A DNA stretch of 60,000 bases from Malacoraja senta (taxonomy: Eukaryota), in the NCBI GenBank assembly GCA_038087875.1, contig CM075988.1, positions 8,000,001 to 8,060,000 of the forward strand. The letters run 5' to 3'. The translations under genes were made by a program, and so were the position numbers. Positions within the stretch are counted from its first letter, which is position 1. Each line of letters begins with the position of its first letter. Below the pieces are notes generated by a model that was not told the origin of the DNA, did no database searches, and saw only the letters and a list, made by a program, of their open reading frames with translations. Of this stretch, positions 58,808 to 60,000 are shown in pieces.

Positions 58808-59615
58808 TTACAATACAATACAATTTATTTGTCTTTTGTCTTTTGGACAAATTTGTCATTTGGACCCCGTTGAGGTCCAAACGAAATATCGTTTCTGCAG
58901 CCATACATTACAAAACGAAGAAGACCCGAGACACAACACAATTTACACATTACATCCATCACAGCGCTGTGATGGAAGGCAAAAAAACGTATCTCTCCAC
59001 TGCACTCCCCCCCCGATGTCAGAGTCAAAGTCAAAGCCCCCGGCGGGCGATGGTGATTATCCCACGGCCATTAAAGCCACGCCGGGTAATGCAAGGTCAC
59101 GTACCGGGTCTTGGTGTTAGAGCCCCGGCGCGCGCTCGCAAAGTCCGGCGGCCATTCCAAGCCGCGCGGGGCGACGATGTAAAGCCCCGCTCCAGGTGCT
59201 CTTCAACCCCGCAACTCGGGCGGGAGAAGTCGCCGCTGCGGAAGCCCCGAAAAGCGGTCTCCCGCGGGCTTCCGGTGTTGCCGTCCGCCAGACCCGCGGT
59301 TGTAGCCTCCGAATCTCCGGGGGTCGGGTAGCAGCAGCGATTGTCTCCACCACAGCTCCACCCGCTCCGGACTCGGCCAGCCCCGCGACGGTGAGTAGTC
59401 CGCAGCTCCGCAACTGGAGCCCCAGGTCGTTCCTGCTGGAGGCCGCTCCACGTTGCCCAGCCCCAACGACAACGGAGACCCGACAAAGAAAAGGTCGGGT
59501 CTCCCGTGCAGGGGAAAGATTTTAAAGTTTCCCCCCCTCACCCCCACCCCCACCCCCCCACACACATACCCCGACAAAAAATAAAAATAAAAAACTACAT
59601 AAAAACGAGACAACA
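58808..59615 (-). mobile_element. GC-rich non-coding retro-like repeat, diverged copy C
   Basis: Shares the ggagacccgac hairpin, the gctttacatcg-like core and the 3' stem-loop; (TGTAT)n tail. Confidence 0.7.
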
Positions 59616-59619
59616 TTGA

Positions 59620-60000
59620 AGGTACTTTCCCCTGCAACCGCAGGAGATGCAACACCTGTCCCTATACCTCCCCCCTCGACTTCATCCAAGGACCCTGACA
59701 GTCTTTTCAGGTGAGGCAGAGGTTCACTTGCACCTCCTCCAACCTCATCTACTGTATCCGCTGTTCCAAGTGTCAACTTCTGTACATCGGCGAGACCAAG
59801 CACAGGCTTGGCGATTGCTTCGCTGAACACCTCCCCTCAGTCCGTCTTAACCAACCTGATCCCCCGGTTGCTCAACACTTCAACTCCCCCTCCGATTCCC
59901 AATCCAACCTTTCTGACCTGGGCCTCCTCTATTGTCAGAGTGAGGCCCAGCGCAAATTGAAGGAACAGCACCTCATATTTCGCCTGAGTAGTTTACACCC
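59620..60000 (+). mobile_element. Penelope-like GIY-YIG fragment, runs off the window
   Basis: GTFPCNRRRCNTC...[20 protein letters not shown], homologous to 36101-36480; in-frame stop present. Confidence 0.88.

Overview
Eukaryotic genomic DNA, most likely from a skate or ray (inferred from the HE1/V-SINE, CR1/HER1-type LINE and Penelope repeat complement). The + strand carries most of a Roundabout receptor gene, best matching robo4. I traced 13 exons from 2074 to 53477 with GT-AG boundaries and consistent phases (2199 nt, 733 codons). They encode 3 Ig domains, 2 FN3 domains, a transmembrane helix and the first part of the cytoplasmic tail. A weaker candidate exon lies at 58683-58772. I did not find the signal-peptide exon or the 3' end in the window. 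The introns are dense with transposable elements. These include tRNA-derived SINEs, CR1, Rex1 and Vingi-like LINE fragments, 12 Harbinger-type MITEs, two hAT MITEs and a full-length decayed Tc1. There is also a 5'-truncated Penelope-like element (RT + GIY-YIG, 14-bp TSD). The most notable signal is a dense population of short, often palindromic, Penelope-derived insertions. They consist only of terminal repeats, carry minimal hammerhead ribozyme cores and have TSDs of about 13-16 bp. A 200-N assembly gap lies at 49772-49971. Repeat boundaries were read by eye and are approximate unless a TSD or TIR is cited. No database searches were run.
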